This document shows, piece after piece, positions 11,801 through 23,758 of a DNA stretch of 64,000 bases; position 1 is the first letter of the stretch, and every line of letters begins with the position of its first letter. Both the position numbers and the translations under genes were made by a program. The DNA comes from Stylophora pistillata (Eukaryota). Under the pieces are notes generated by a model, which did not search any database, was not told where the DNA came from, and saw only the letters and a list, made by a program, of their open reading frames with translations. The stretch spans positions 94,282-158,281 of the forward strand of contig NW_019217890.1 in NCBI RefSeq assembly GCF_002571385.2. The letters are read 5' to 3'.

Positions 11801-14800
11801 ATGAAAGAGAATTGTAAAAATAAATGTGTGCAGGGAACATTAGAATACTAAATATTACATTATTGCATAGCGATCATGTCTGATCAGTAAACAACCTAAA
11901 GAAATAAAGGATCAGAATTTCTTTCAATTTTTTTCTTGGAGCGTGAGACGTTAGCATAGTTGTTTGTACTCAAGACTCTAAATTTTCGACAGAGGCCTGG
12001 GTTCCACTCCATGCCCGATCATTGTTACTGTGCTTTCGGGCCAAGGGAACAATGCCATCTTGCTTGGGCGAGACACTTTATTCACGCAATGCCCCTTCCA
12101 ACACTCATTGTGTGCGGGTTGTTGTCAGGGAAACTTCCGAAATACTGTCCATAGGGAGCATTTACGGTAACATCTTTCAGGAGAGATAACACCGCTCTTA
12201 GTAACTTCAACATTCGTAACCAAGAGAGGCTCAACTGGCAGTGAATGGCAAGACCCTTAGAGTAAGAACTTTCTAATCTGATCTATGCTTCCTGTTAACA
12301 GGAGTCTGTTCGCATTACCTCTATCAACAAAATGGTCAGTTTACCAGTCCAAACTACCCTGGCCGTTACTCAAATAACTTGTATTGCACCTGGCTAATTG
12401 AGGCCCCATATGGCTACTACATATATCTACAATTTGGATCATTTCATCTTGAGAGTTGTTGTGACTGGGTTCAAATATTCGATGGTAGCTCAGCATACAG
12501 CTCTAGAATTATAAGCGAAAACGGCTATCAGCAACCCTGGGGAGTGTGTAGCACTGGAAGGTTTCTGTTCGTGCAGTTCACTACAGATTGGAGTTCTACG
12601 TATTCGGGATTTTCAGCAACCTACCAAGCTGTATCACATGGTAAATATATGCTATGTTATTTCTTTGTAAATCTGAATATTTTCATCAACATTACTCATA
12701 TTATTAATTTCTGTAATAAGTCTGACATAGCCTTCCTCCAAGTGAAGCAGTAAAATTGCACGTGTAAACTCTCAGAGTGTTAGCTAGATGGGAATCTTGT
12801 GTGGTACCCGTTTTTTACAATGAGCCATATAAGGTATAAAGAAACAGGTCTGGAAATATGTTAATCTACAACTTGAAGAGTAACTAGAGTGAATTAAGAC
12901 GGGGGACGGACAACTGATGGACCAACTCACTGTTAGTGACATAGTACTTGCATCAGTCTAGAGTAACTCTTAAAGTTCATCCTTTCGTGGGTGCAGCTAT
13001 CAACCCAAGTTTCTTATCTAATATAGATCTTTCAATCTACACTGAAATGCGCACGATGATTTACTAAAAAGAGACACTTATGAAACGACAGAAATTGAAG
13101 CAATATGACGTCCTCCCCAACTTTAGTTTTACGGATACTCCCCACTCTCTCAACATACTGCTAAAAAAAACGATATCCCTCCCTCCTTATCCCCTTTTCC
13201 CCTCCCCCCTCCCCCCACACTCTCGAAGCTGTTTGTATAGTTTCCTTCATCATGTAATACAGTCAGACAAATTGTAATCCCTTGACTCACAGCTTCCGGC
13301 GTCGGCCAAGTTTTTACTTCAGCTGTTAATGGAGCGTGTTATGGTAGCAGTCTCAAGCCATCTGAAAAATTCACAAATTGTGAGTCAATTAAATTAATTT
13401 GAATTTGCTATTTACTCGCATAAGCTATAGGCTTATGCGAGTAAATAGCAAATCTGTTGTTCAGTTTCCCATACAAGTTAGAAAGTTTTCGCTATAGCTA
13501 AGTCTAATTCTTTGTATTTTAGAAATCTTAAGTTCATACAACCACAGTTGTGATGCAAATGTTCCTGTAAAAGATTAATTAAAAATTTTAATGTAAATTT
13601 TTAACAATTCATGCCTGCATTATAAAACATCCAAGGCATCCTATCGTTAATAAGGCTCAGTCGTTATTATATGACCCGTCTGGACCTGCTCGCGCAGTCC
13701 CAGAGAAATCAATAGTGATAGCTGACGAATGTAGGACCGGATGGGTTGGCGTCAGCCGGTCCGGAAAAAGCCGTCCGGCCCTTCTGCCCTCATGTCGCTT
13801 TGCTGCTAAAACTTAAAGGAAAAAAGAAATGAGAAAAAAACAGTCGAGTTTTTCGGGGAATTGCGAGTTTCTTGTTTTGACCTGAAAAAGTAAAGGAATA
13901 GTTTTAATTGCAGAATTGTTACTTTTGCTTGTGTGACTGCGTATGCCCGTCTATCGCGTCGTATTTAGGTTGACACGTTCATACGATAAAATGCTTATTG
14001 ACTGAGTTTGGTCGGGCCGGACAGGAAAATGTTTCGCTCTCGGACATGAGGCACGAACCTCGCTGTGCTCGGTCCGTACGTCATGACATCGAGCCCTGAA
14101 TATTTTCCCGTTCAGCCCTCCTACTCAGTCAATAACTACATTTTCTACAATCTTAATAAATTATTATACAATTAAGGAAAACGATTCCTTCCATTCATGC
14201 TAGCTTAAATTGCAATTGCAATAAACATTTCCATCCTAGCTGTTTCAATTTCATTCTTGTACTTAAAGGACAGAGCTGGTAAAATTTTATTTGTTCCTTT
14301 TTATTTTTCATAGTGGTATCCCCGACGAGATCTTCTACGCATATTCCATTGACATCCTCAGTTATTGGTAAATTATGGAAAAATTTCATCCTCTTTGATT
14401 ATTGAAACTAATGGTAAATAGAGCACCATAGTCCAAGACTGCGTGAGCGTGTGCGTGTGCGTGCTCGGCGCGTGTGCGTACATGTCCGTGTGTGTAAGCG
14501 CGTGAGTATGTAAAACAATGGGCAAGTTTAGTTGGCCTGAAGTTACTATAGTAGCAGGAAGCGGACAAGTTCAATAAAGATAACTCATATTAGGAACTTA
14601 TCGAGTTGTTACGTGTCTATCGTTATGCCAGTGATTGTTTAAATTACACAGTCCACGTAATTTTTATCATTTTCATTGTCATCTTCCTTACATCTATCAG
14701 AGTCTGTCAATAGTAACTTTTATTACTTTGTAATTCTATTTTCTCTTTTCTTCAATTTTTGCCAAAACTGTATATTTGACCTTCAAGTCTAAACCTGAGG

Positions 14801-17800
14801 TACTCTGCAGCTGGAAGACAAACTCCTTCTCTCCTTTTTGTTACCAGGTGCCTGTTCATATTACCTTTACCAACGAAATGGCCGATTTACAAGTCCAGGC
14901 CATCCCAACCGTTACTCAAATAGGCAGCATTGTACCTGGTTAATCGAGGTTCCTTATGGCCACTTCATATATCTACAATTTGGATCATTTCATCTTGAGG
15001 GTTGTTGTGACTGGGTTCAAATATTCGATGGGAGCTCAGCATACAGCTCTAGAATTACAAGTAAAAACGGCTATCAGCAACCTTGGGGAGTGTGTAGTAG
15101 TGGAAGGTTTCTGTTCGTGCAATTCACTACTGACGGGAGTGTTACGTATTCAGGCTTTTCAGCAACCTACCAAGCTGTACCACATGGTAAAGAAATATGT
15201 GTGTCTGCCTATCCCTTCATATTTTTTTTTTTTTTTTTTTGGAATAAATTAATTTGTATTCACTTGATTAACTTTGATGAATAAGAAAAGAAAAATGTAT
15301 GAAAGAAAACATTACGTGCTACCCAAACGTGCATTTGTGTCACCCATCTTTCAAATTGTACTGGATAATGTGTTGTAATTCGTCACCTCAAACGACTGCA
15401 AGATAGAGACATGGCCGACTGTCTGACTAAAGTTTTTGTAGAAATTTTTATTCATTGCGCGTTTCATTGAAGAAAAACACATCGGGCACCAATTCACAGG
15501 CTGAATGAAAGAATATCAAAGTTAACGCAAGCTTTAGCCTCGAGTTACTTTAAGAGACATTTTTACAGCGGACCCCACCCTACTGTTTAAAAATTCGTGA
15601 CCTTTCTCATTATCATGTCACTCTTTGACAGAGTACGATTTGTATGATGCACGATCCTCGCAATAGAGAGCGCTATTAATGTAATAGCGAAAATCAGACC
15701 TGAAAAAAAAAAAAACATGATTTGTCACAAATTACAAATTTTTTCCTTGAACTCAGCCTCCGGTGTCCACCAAGTCTATGCTTCAAGTGCTGTTGGATCG
15801 TGTTATGGAATTAGTTCGATACCCTACTTACAACAAACACGTGGTTAGTACGTTCAATAACTACTTGTAATATGCTGCAGTTTGATGAAATATATATTAG
15901 TCTTTAACATAAGAACTAAGCATTTAATCAGATATACTGCGCGAGAACGAGACTAAGGAGTACGATCCTACCTTACAGAATCTTTTTCGTAGCACATTTC
16001 AACTCCTTACTCAAATTTTACATATTACCGATTTAGTGTCCCTTTTAAGACTGTTTGACCACTTTAAACAGTCTTCATGTCGTGATAAAAGTGTAATCAA
16101 TACATATTTTAATTTCCTAAACGTAGGATTTTGTAGTTTTTATCACGTTATTCGTAAACGGAAATGTGAACGGAAACCACTGCACCTTGTATCGCATTCG
16201 TTGGAAACCCCGACGATTTTCGCGCTGACACTTACATAGGGAATACAAACTGATAGTGTGGGTGCTTGATCACAGCCAAACGGGAGAAAAATATCTCTGC
16301 AACTTTAGTTTTCCTTTTCTTTTGATGAAAAACTACAACCAAATTCGTCGATGAAATGAACTTCAGCGCAGAGCTTAATTGTCAATAACCTCAGATTAAA
16401 GTATGTAGTATATTGTAACATGTAAGAACAGTTACTAAACATGATGTGTTCGTTTAGATTCCTTAGCGATAACTCCGACGAGGTCATCTGCCTATATTCC
16501 ATGGACAGTTTCTGCTAATGGTATAGTTGTTTATACTCACCCAGTATTGTTGGATACATTGTAACAAATGGTATTCGGTATTCACGATTTAAAAATGTCT
16601 GTTGCTTTAAATTTTTGGCAGTATTTTTTGTTAACAGGAGCATTTTGCAAGAGTATCTTAAGAACGATTATAGCAACGTATTAACAAGAAAGCTTTGAAC
16701 ACCTTCGACCTATATGAGGATTCGTGGAAGCTGAATTTTTCTCAAAAAGGAGAACTTAATAAAAATACCGAGTTTGAACGTATCTAAGAAGCCTCAAGGG
16801 TCAAACAAACTCCGCTCGTTTTTAAGGCCTATTTAGGTTATGGATTTTTACTCTCCTAACATCCCTCTCTGTTCCCACGTACGCTCCAGTTTTCATTCGC
16901 GTTTAAACTGAAAAGAGTCATCTCTGCAAAAGGCCTATTTAGGTTATGGATTTTTACTCTCCTAACATCCCTCTTTGTTCCCACGTACGCTCCAGTTTTC
17001 ATTCGCGTTTAAACTGAAAAGAGTTATCTCTGCAAAACAAGGACCAACCGAAGATGGAAAGTATTTTTCCTTTTATCGTCATTAATTTTATTCCAGAGTG
17101 CACGAGTCACTACTTTTTGGAAGATTTTGGAAGATCAGTTAACTATGTTGGGAACAATGTCACATGCGACAGAGGTCTTTCCCATGGTTGGTACAGATTT
17201 CGTGGTGCAGCAGGAACTCAAATGCCCTCCTCCTGTGTGGGAATGAATCGTTGTGGAACGCATGCCCCAGGGTGGTTAAATGGTGCGCATCCCACCGTAG
17301 CTGACGGGATTGTCCGTGTCTCAGTGTGCTTCCACTGGAATTGGCGATGTTGTAGATGGTCTACGACCATCCGCGTGCGCAACTGCGGTGGGTTTTATGT
17401 ATACGAACTAGGATCACCGCCGTATTGTCATTTGCGTTACTGCGGAGGTAGGAAATTATCAGTTACTGAATACCTAAGTCACTAATTCCTAGTTTTTAAT
17501 GTTCGTGTTTACATAGCTGGTTAAATTCTGATGTGTTTACGGTAAGGTTTCCAACCATTTTTTTACAACTACTCACCCCAACTAATAACATTTGGTTTTG
17601 GAACTTGTGATGACATTATTTTGAGGTGTTAGACCTCGCGAAGGATGATATGAAAATATCTTAATTGTCCCTAATTAAGACAAAATAGAAAATGACTGAG
17701 AAACTAGAAAGACAGGAATAAAATAAAATGTATACCAATTCAACATCAAACCAAACTAAGCTGATCACCAAGAAAGAAAATTTAGATATTGCAAGGTGGA

Positions 17801-18050
17801 GATTCGCTGGTTTCGTATTTTCTGAACGTTTTCAGCAAGTACCGTACAGTCAACTCCAGTGATGCGTAAATCTCTTGGCTTGAACACATCGTCATACGCA
17901 AGAGCAAGTAAGTGTCTACATTGTTTAATTAAATGAACTATGAATTCATTACAATGACTGGAACTCAACGCGATCTGTCCCTAATTGAGACAAAATAGAA
18001 AATGACTGAGAAACTAGAAAGATAGGAATAAAATATTTTATTAAAAACTA

Positions 18051-18105
<55 letters not shown>

Positions 18106-18218
18106 CAGCCAATATACCATAATCTACAAATATGGCAAGCGTACGTTTCAGCTTAAGATTAAAAGGGAGCTAAAAATTTAATAAAACTTAATAATTTAAT
18201 TTAACGTTTTTAATAAAA

Positions 18219-18255
<37 letters not shown>

Positions 18256-18256
18256 T

Positions 18257-18330
<74 letters not shown>

Positions 18331-21300
18331 TTAAATGTATACCAATTTAACATCAAACCAAACTAAGCTGACCACCAAGAAAGAACATTTAGATATTGCA
18401 GAGATGGCGATTCGCTAGCTTCGTATTTTCTGAACGTTTTTAGCAAGTACCGTGCAGTCAACTCCAGTGATGAGTATTTCTCCTGGCTTGAACACATCGT
18501 CATACGCAGGAGCAAGTGAGTGTCTACATTGTTTAATTAAATGAACTATGAATTCATTACAATGATTGGAACTCAACGCGATCTGTTTGCTGACGATTAC
18601 ATCATGGTCGGTGTTTCTTTTTCTTTCCATTTTGTAAAAAAGAAAGCAGCAAACAAAAATAATTAATAGATGAGGAGGAGAACGTAGAAAAGTCCTGATT
18701 GATCAGTTTCTATAGACTCAGAAAAATGGAAACACTAAAAGTGATAGAACGACAAACTTACCAGAATCAATAGAAGGGTTTAATTCAATTGTTTTCGATC
18801 TTCTTTCTCCGTTCTACTTCACAGACTCATTGTACATAAAATCAACGGTTGCTATGCTAACGTCTGTCGCGTCCAGTACACCATTTGTACTACACCTACC
18901 CGCCAATTGCCAGCATGATTGTGTTAACAACTGGGGAAGCTATTACTGTACTTGCCGTCAAGGATACAGGTTGGAGGCGGATGGGAAAACATGTCAGGGT
19001 AAGTTTACACATCACCGACGGACTGCTTTCATATCTTGCAATGTCCACCGATAGCATACTGGTCTTAATTATGCCAAATAGAATGAAACGAAACCACAGG
19101 TATAAAAATCATCGTCATCACGTGAACAATAGTTGTAACGTACGTAACAGTACACCGAGAGACTTTAATTTCGCATACATTTTATCATAAGGCATCAAAA
19201 ACGGTGAGGGAAAGTGCGAAGAGTGACATTGTTTTTAGTTCCTTTGATCGCTTATTCGCTTACCTTGATGTCATCGTAACGTCGATTAGGTTGCTTTTAT
19301 TTGATGAAAGGATACATTTGATTAACCTTACAAAGGAAACAATTTCTGTGTTGCGCCAATACACGAAATACTTTGGCAAACCGCGATTTTTAAGTGGCGC
19401 GAAATTTAAACACACTGATAATATCTTGAAGTTAAAATTTTCGTCATAAAAAGTTAAAAATATGACGTTCATAGGATTTTTCGTGCGGAAATGCTCTCCT
19501 ACGGGAACACGTTTAACTGTAGTCACGTCTAAAAATTAAAAGGGGATTCTTGGGATTTTCCACAATGCACCGTTTTTGATTAACTCCTTTACATTTAGTT
19601 CTGTAATTTATAACAACTTTATTTGCATACAGTTGGAAGATCAAAAAAGTATAAATGCAAATAGGGTGCCAGCAGGGAAGAACTTAATCTTCATGTAAAG
19701 TTGACCCCCCAATAGAAATAAAAATTCTATATACATACTTAAAATATATACACTATGTTGTCATCGATAAAACTATAGCAATCTAAAATGTATAGATATA
19801 ACCAAATAATTAATTTAAGCCTGAGTACGAAACAGAATCCTTAATGAGCATGTTATATAGACGTCTCTTAAAGTTGCTAACACTGACTGCTTCAACGATA
19901 TCTTTCGGCAAAGAGTTCCACTCATCAATGTACCTGTGCCAAAATGAGTACTTAAGAATATATGTTCGTGCATAGGGTTTCCAAATTTTATATCTGTTGG
20001 TACATCTTGTGCGGCAAGAAGAAAACTTTAAATAATCATCTAGACGTACAACACAAAAGCCCTTGATATACTTAAAAAGTTGTGTCAGACTTAAAAGACT
20101 TCGACGGGTTTTGAGATCCATCCATCTTAGTTTCGACAATCTTTCGTCGTAAGTAATGTCCTTGCTAAGAATCCTCCTAGAGGCACTACGTTGAATCCGC
20201 TCTAGTTTATCTGACAATTGTTGTTGATGGGGATTCTAAGCAGGGCACGCATATTCAATTATCGGACGATATATACCCTATTTTTATAGCTTCAGAGCAT
20301 CTGCCAAAGGTGCGTTTAAGTAAGCTTTTGCAGCAACTGATAGAACATGGGATTTCCATGAAAGATCGCATGAAAGGGTTACACCAAGATGCTTGTGCGA
20401 GGAAACTTTCGTCAATGGAACCGAGTTAATGTTATAAGAACAGGTAGTTGCTCCCTCGATCTTGTAATTCTCATGAATTCACATTTGTCAATGTTTAAAT
20501 TCAGAGACCATGAACTGCACCAGCCATTCATTTGATTTAAGCCTTGTTGAACAGGAGTAGAAACAATTAATGTCAATAGAATCAGAGTTATACAGTAGCG
20601 TATCATCAGCCCCAAAATAGAGCCTTGAGGCACACCTGAGATGACATTTCCCCAATCGGAGAATGCATGCACCATCAATGACAACTCTCTACTTTCGATC
20701 ATAAAGGAAATCACTCAACCAGAGGAGAATATTTTCTTTGATACCAAAAAGTTGTAGCTTTGCCAAAAGAAGTTTGTGGGAAACAGAGTCGGCAAAGGCT
20801 TTAGCAAAGTCCAAGAAGACTACATCAATTTCTTTCTTCCAGAGACGTTTATCAGAGTTCAATCAGTTAGTTACCGTGCTTCTTCCAAATCTCACAAACC
20901 TTTTATGTCTTTATCAACCGACAGATATCAACGAATGCTTAACCCAAAATGGCGGCTGCACCCATGAGTGTGTGAACATCCCAGGAGGCCACTACTGCAA
21001 ATGCCCCGAGGGCGTTACAATGGGCTTTGATAACAAGACGTGTCATGGTATGTAAATTTTTGTAAAAGGAAAATTGCGCACAGATTCCTCTCATAGCTAT
21101 CTATAAGATTCTCTACATTGCTGTACTGCATCTTTATACATTACCATTTGGTACAGAAAAGTTTTCAGACAGAGTTCTATTAACTTTGTTGAAACTAACG
21201 GGGAGATAAGTATTTTTGAATAATTAAAACAGTGAAATGGCTTTCTCTGGCAGAAACTTCAATTGTGAATTAATATTTTTCGTTCTTTTCAGAACCTGGT

Positions 21301-23758
21301 ATTACAGTGAAATGCACTGATGAAGCCATGTTTATTTTTCTGGAGAGAAAATCTTTCCAGGGCTTTGATCCAAACAAGCTCACTCTGCTTTACCCGTCAT
21401 GCCGTGCCTCTTACAACGATTCCCACATATCCTTGCGAACGAGTCTCAACGACTGTGGAACCACACATAACGAAAGTGAGGACGCGATAACTTTCCACAA
21501 CAAAGTGCAGAGTGTCCAATCCTACTCCGGCAACATCATAACTCGGGAACAAAACGTGTCAATTCCTTTCTACTGCAGTTATGGACGTAAAGCCCAGCTT
21601 CGAAATCCAAGTTTCCGAATCTGGAAGAACTATTTCACAGCTTCGGAAGGTAAACTCTTACCAGGAAATGCTCATTTGATTTAATTTGTTTTAGGATAAG
21701 ACATTGACTCGATTATTAAGAGTTATCGCTCAGTTCAGTAATTTAAGGGAGTAATATTTAAGGAGCGGCATTCATTGAATCAGTCTTTGAAGAAAAACCC
21801 TTGGCTCGTCTCTTTGTTAACGAGATGGTACTCCTTTAGCCGTCACCTGACATTGTGGTGGAGTTTGACGACCTTTATTGCTTTCTGGGATCATCGTATA
21901 GTGTACTTACGAAGACAAAAAGGAAAAAAGTACTGAATGAGCTTTCCGCTTTTAGTTTTCGCTCAAAATTAATTGGATTTTCTGTCAATCTTTTTATTGT
22001 TCCCAACAACCACCAGAGTCTGGTGAGACTTGACATTTACAGATCTCATAGAAAGACCGCAAATTTTAATTTATTTTCATAGGTGGATATGGTAACTTCA
22101 CATTCACGATGGATCTATTCAAGACGGGCAGATATCTTACAACGTACAGCTATAATGACTATCCAATCACGGTCCATCTTCGGGATCGCTTGTTTCTTCA
22201 GTTAGCGGTCCGTTCATACCAGTCTAACTTGGTTCTCTTTGTCGACACCTGCAAGGCGACTCCCTCTCCTGATCCGTACTCAGTTCCTCAGTATATCTTC
22301 TTACAAAGAGGGTAAATATGTCGTGTTTTGTGAAACGCTTATCGAACAATGTTTCCTATAAATATTCGCTTTTTATGCAGTTTTCCCTTGAACGAACGAG
22401 TTGAACTACATGAGGCTAACTCAGTGTGTAAAGAATTTTTATCAGTACAAAATAGAATCAAATGTTTTTGAAGTCCATTTTCTTTTTGTTTTTAAACGAT
22501 TTTATTGGGCATATCAGATAAATATTTGAACAAGGCAAAAGTACAATAATACAATAACAAATAGAAAACAGAAGAGAAACTGAGATAAAACTGCACCCAA
22601 AAGGAAAGGCGCGAATGGGACGTAAAGTCCCATGCGAGGCGCCGCCCATTATGAATTAAAAAACACTATAAAATAGAAAATCACAATAATACAGAATAAA
22701 TAAATAAATCATTTCAACTGCCGAACAAAAAGTGCTAATTGGTGGAATGTTCGAATATTCGAGTACATAGTAATCAGCGGGAAATCAAGCCACCGAAAAA
22801 ATCTGTAAATTAAAATTTTTTGTCCGTGTAAGTTTTTCAAGGTGCAAAACTTTGGTTTCTAGTGGTTTACGTATCATCCCATCTACAAATTCATAATTAT
22901 AATTCTCTTTGCTTGGCTGCAGATGTAAGCTTGATGCTACCCTCAATTATTCGTACTCCATCAGCTCCAAACAGCGTTTTAGCATTCAAGCGTTTCGTTT
23001 TATTGAAGAACATCCAGTGGTACATCTTCACTGTGAAGTTCTGGCTTGCCACCGCAACACTGCCCGCTCCCGCTGCCTCCAGGGATGCTCCCGCTATCGT
23101 GGACGGAGAGACGAAGTTCCTGGTTCTGAGAGTACTCAGATGTACAAAATTTCGTCTGGACCAATCAAATTCCAAAAAGGGTCGAGCGGAACGAATAGAG
23201 AAAAAAAGAGCGAAGGTGAGCGAGGAAGTGGAGAGTCGTGGGTAACGATTTACTGAATAATTATGTGGAAAGTTTAGATGTCGATAGATACTTCAAACAT
23301 GTACTTGAATCGCTATCACGATAGTTAGATTGACCATGGAATCAGCTCGAAAGAATTGCCACCCTTTCTCAACTCGATACAGGTTGCCAAACACCACACA
23401 AACGTTAATTGACCGTATCAGATCTTTAAATAATTTACTGAAGCAACTGTGAAGTTACTAAACCCGAGTCACTTTTTTTTTTGTCATCCTTTTAGCTGAA
23501 ACTCAAACCAATATGGGGATCATTACAGTAGCGGCGGCATCCGGCGGAATTCTTCTCCTCCTGGTAATCATTTTGGTAATTGTCATCATTCGAATCAAGA
23601 AGCGTCTGAAGGGAGCTTTCGCAGATCGCAACAAAGTCTATGCCATGGAACAGTGTAGCAAATACGTCAAGCAAGAGAACAACAACTTGGGCTTCACTCA
23701 GGATGACGAACTGAACGAGATGGGAGACAAGTCGTTTATTATGAAACCGCTTGCTTAG
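2850..23758 (+). CDS. Large type I membrane CUB/D8C/EGF/zona pellucida (ZP) domain protein, uromodulin/OIT3/CUZD1-like, ~1508 aa, 24 exons
   Basis: Exons: 2850-2966 (signal peptide MFSSFILSFIVVTFSRQTTA then SHFRGGIITWKP), 7011-7267, 7762-8044, 8518-8801, 9295-9462, 9744-9787, 9919-10025, 10366-10672, 11308-11403 (DVNEC..RKKR), 11505-11549, 11725-11757, 12302-12640 (CUB), 13293-13379, 14848-15186 (CUB), 15757-15843, 17097-17447 (D8C: GWYRF..CGTHAPGWL..VRNCGGFYVY..LRYC), 17836-17907, 18444-18515, 18825-18998 (EGF C2-C6), 20925-21047 (cbEGF), 21293-21649 (ZP-N), 22083-22311 and 22923-23215 (ZP-C, RGRR cleavage site), 23496-23758 (TM plus tail). All introns are GT-AG and the phases join into one 4527-nt ORF. 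The small exons are the least certain. Confidence 0.88.
4067..5105 (-). mobile_element. Penelope-like retroelement fragment (mostly in an assembly gap) ending at a (TA)n microsatellite
   Basis: Minus strand 4885-5098 gives YEPLQSDPTSK..ARPGVAFGNIKTHKTGNPLR, resembling the Penelope RT N-terminal motif YGLPKIHK..PLRPI. The other side of the gap ends in (TA)n at 4068-4089. Confidence 0.7.
5211..5256 (+). ncRNA. Minimal type I hammerhead ribozyme (Penelope pLTR/retrozyme-type)
   Basis: ACTGCA-CTGATGA-GGCC-CAGAA-GGCC-GAA-ACAG-TA-CTGT-C-TGCAGT: 6-bp stem I, intact CUGAUGA and GAAA core, 4-bp stem II, palindromic stem III, GUC triplet. Predicted cleavage after C5250. Followed by (TA)n. Confidence 0.85.
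13403..13453. repeat. Perfect 23-bp inverted repeat with 5-nt loop
   Basis: ATTTGCTATTTACTCGCATAAGC-TATAG-GCTTATGCGAGTAAATAGCAAAT. Confidence 0.95.
13640..14140. mobile_element. GC-rich non-autonomous element ending in a ~140-bp imperfect palindrome
   Basis: TTATTGACTGAGT (13995) and ACTCAGTCAATAA (to 14135) enclose further inverted segments. The left boundary is approximate. Confidence 0.5.
16824..17035 (+). repeat. Tandem duplication, 2 x 106 bp
   Basis: AAGGCCTATTTAGGTTATGG...ATCTCTGCAA occurs twice with about 2 differences, just upstream of the D8C exon. Confidence 0.9.
17666..18585 (+). repeat. Recent tandem duplication of a ~310-bp unit containing a 72-nt Ser/Thr-rich mini-exon
   Basis: Units start TGTCCCTAATT(A/G)AGACAAAATAGAAAATG at ~17666 and ~17975 and are near-identical, introns included. 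The second unit carries a 297-bp insertion. Confidence 0.9.
18036..18332. mobile_element. Palindromic non-autonomous element inserted without target-site duplication
   Basis: Empty site in the upstream duplicate is GGAATAAAATA|AAATGTATACC. The filled site has the 297-bp insert at the bar. The insert has inverted pair TTTTATTAAAAAC/GTTTTTAATAAAA, then a ~115-bp hairpin AACAATTATTCC...GGAATAATTGTT. Confidence 0.85.
19580..20900 (-). mobile_element. Degenerate 5'-truncated CR1/L2-clade LINE in an intron of the ZP gene
   Basis: Minus-strand RT motifs GRSTVTN, IDVVFLDFAKAF, SGVPQGSILG, WSLNLNIDKC and the C-terminal LERIQRSASR..YDERL..SFWHRYIDEWNSLP. Internal deletions and stops; 3' boundary approximate. 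Confidence 0.85.

Noticed and set aside
11950-12270. Possible extra exon or RNA gene
   Set aside because: Looks like a highly degenerate tRNA-SINE; too decayed to delimit and not needed for frame continuity.
14438-14507. Alternating purine-pyrimidine tract (Z-DNA candidate)
   Set aside because: Short and interrupted, probably part of a repeat, with no evidence of function.
16824-18585. CRISPR-like or other regular repeat array
   Set aside because: Only two-copy tandem duplications without spacers, in a eukaryotic context.
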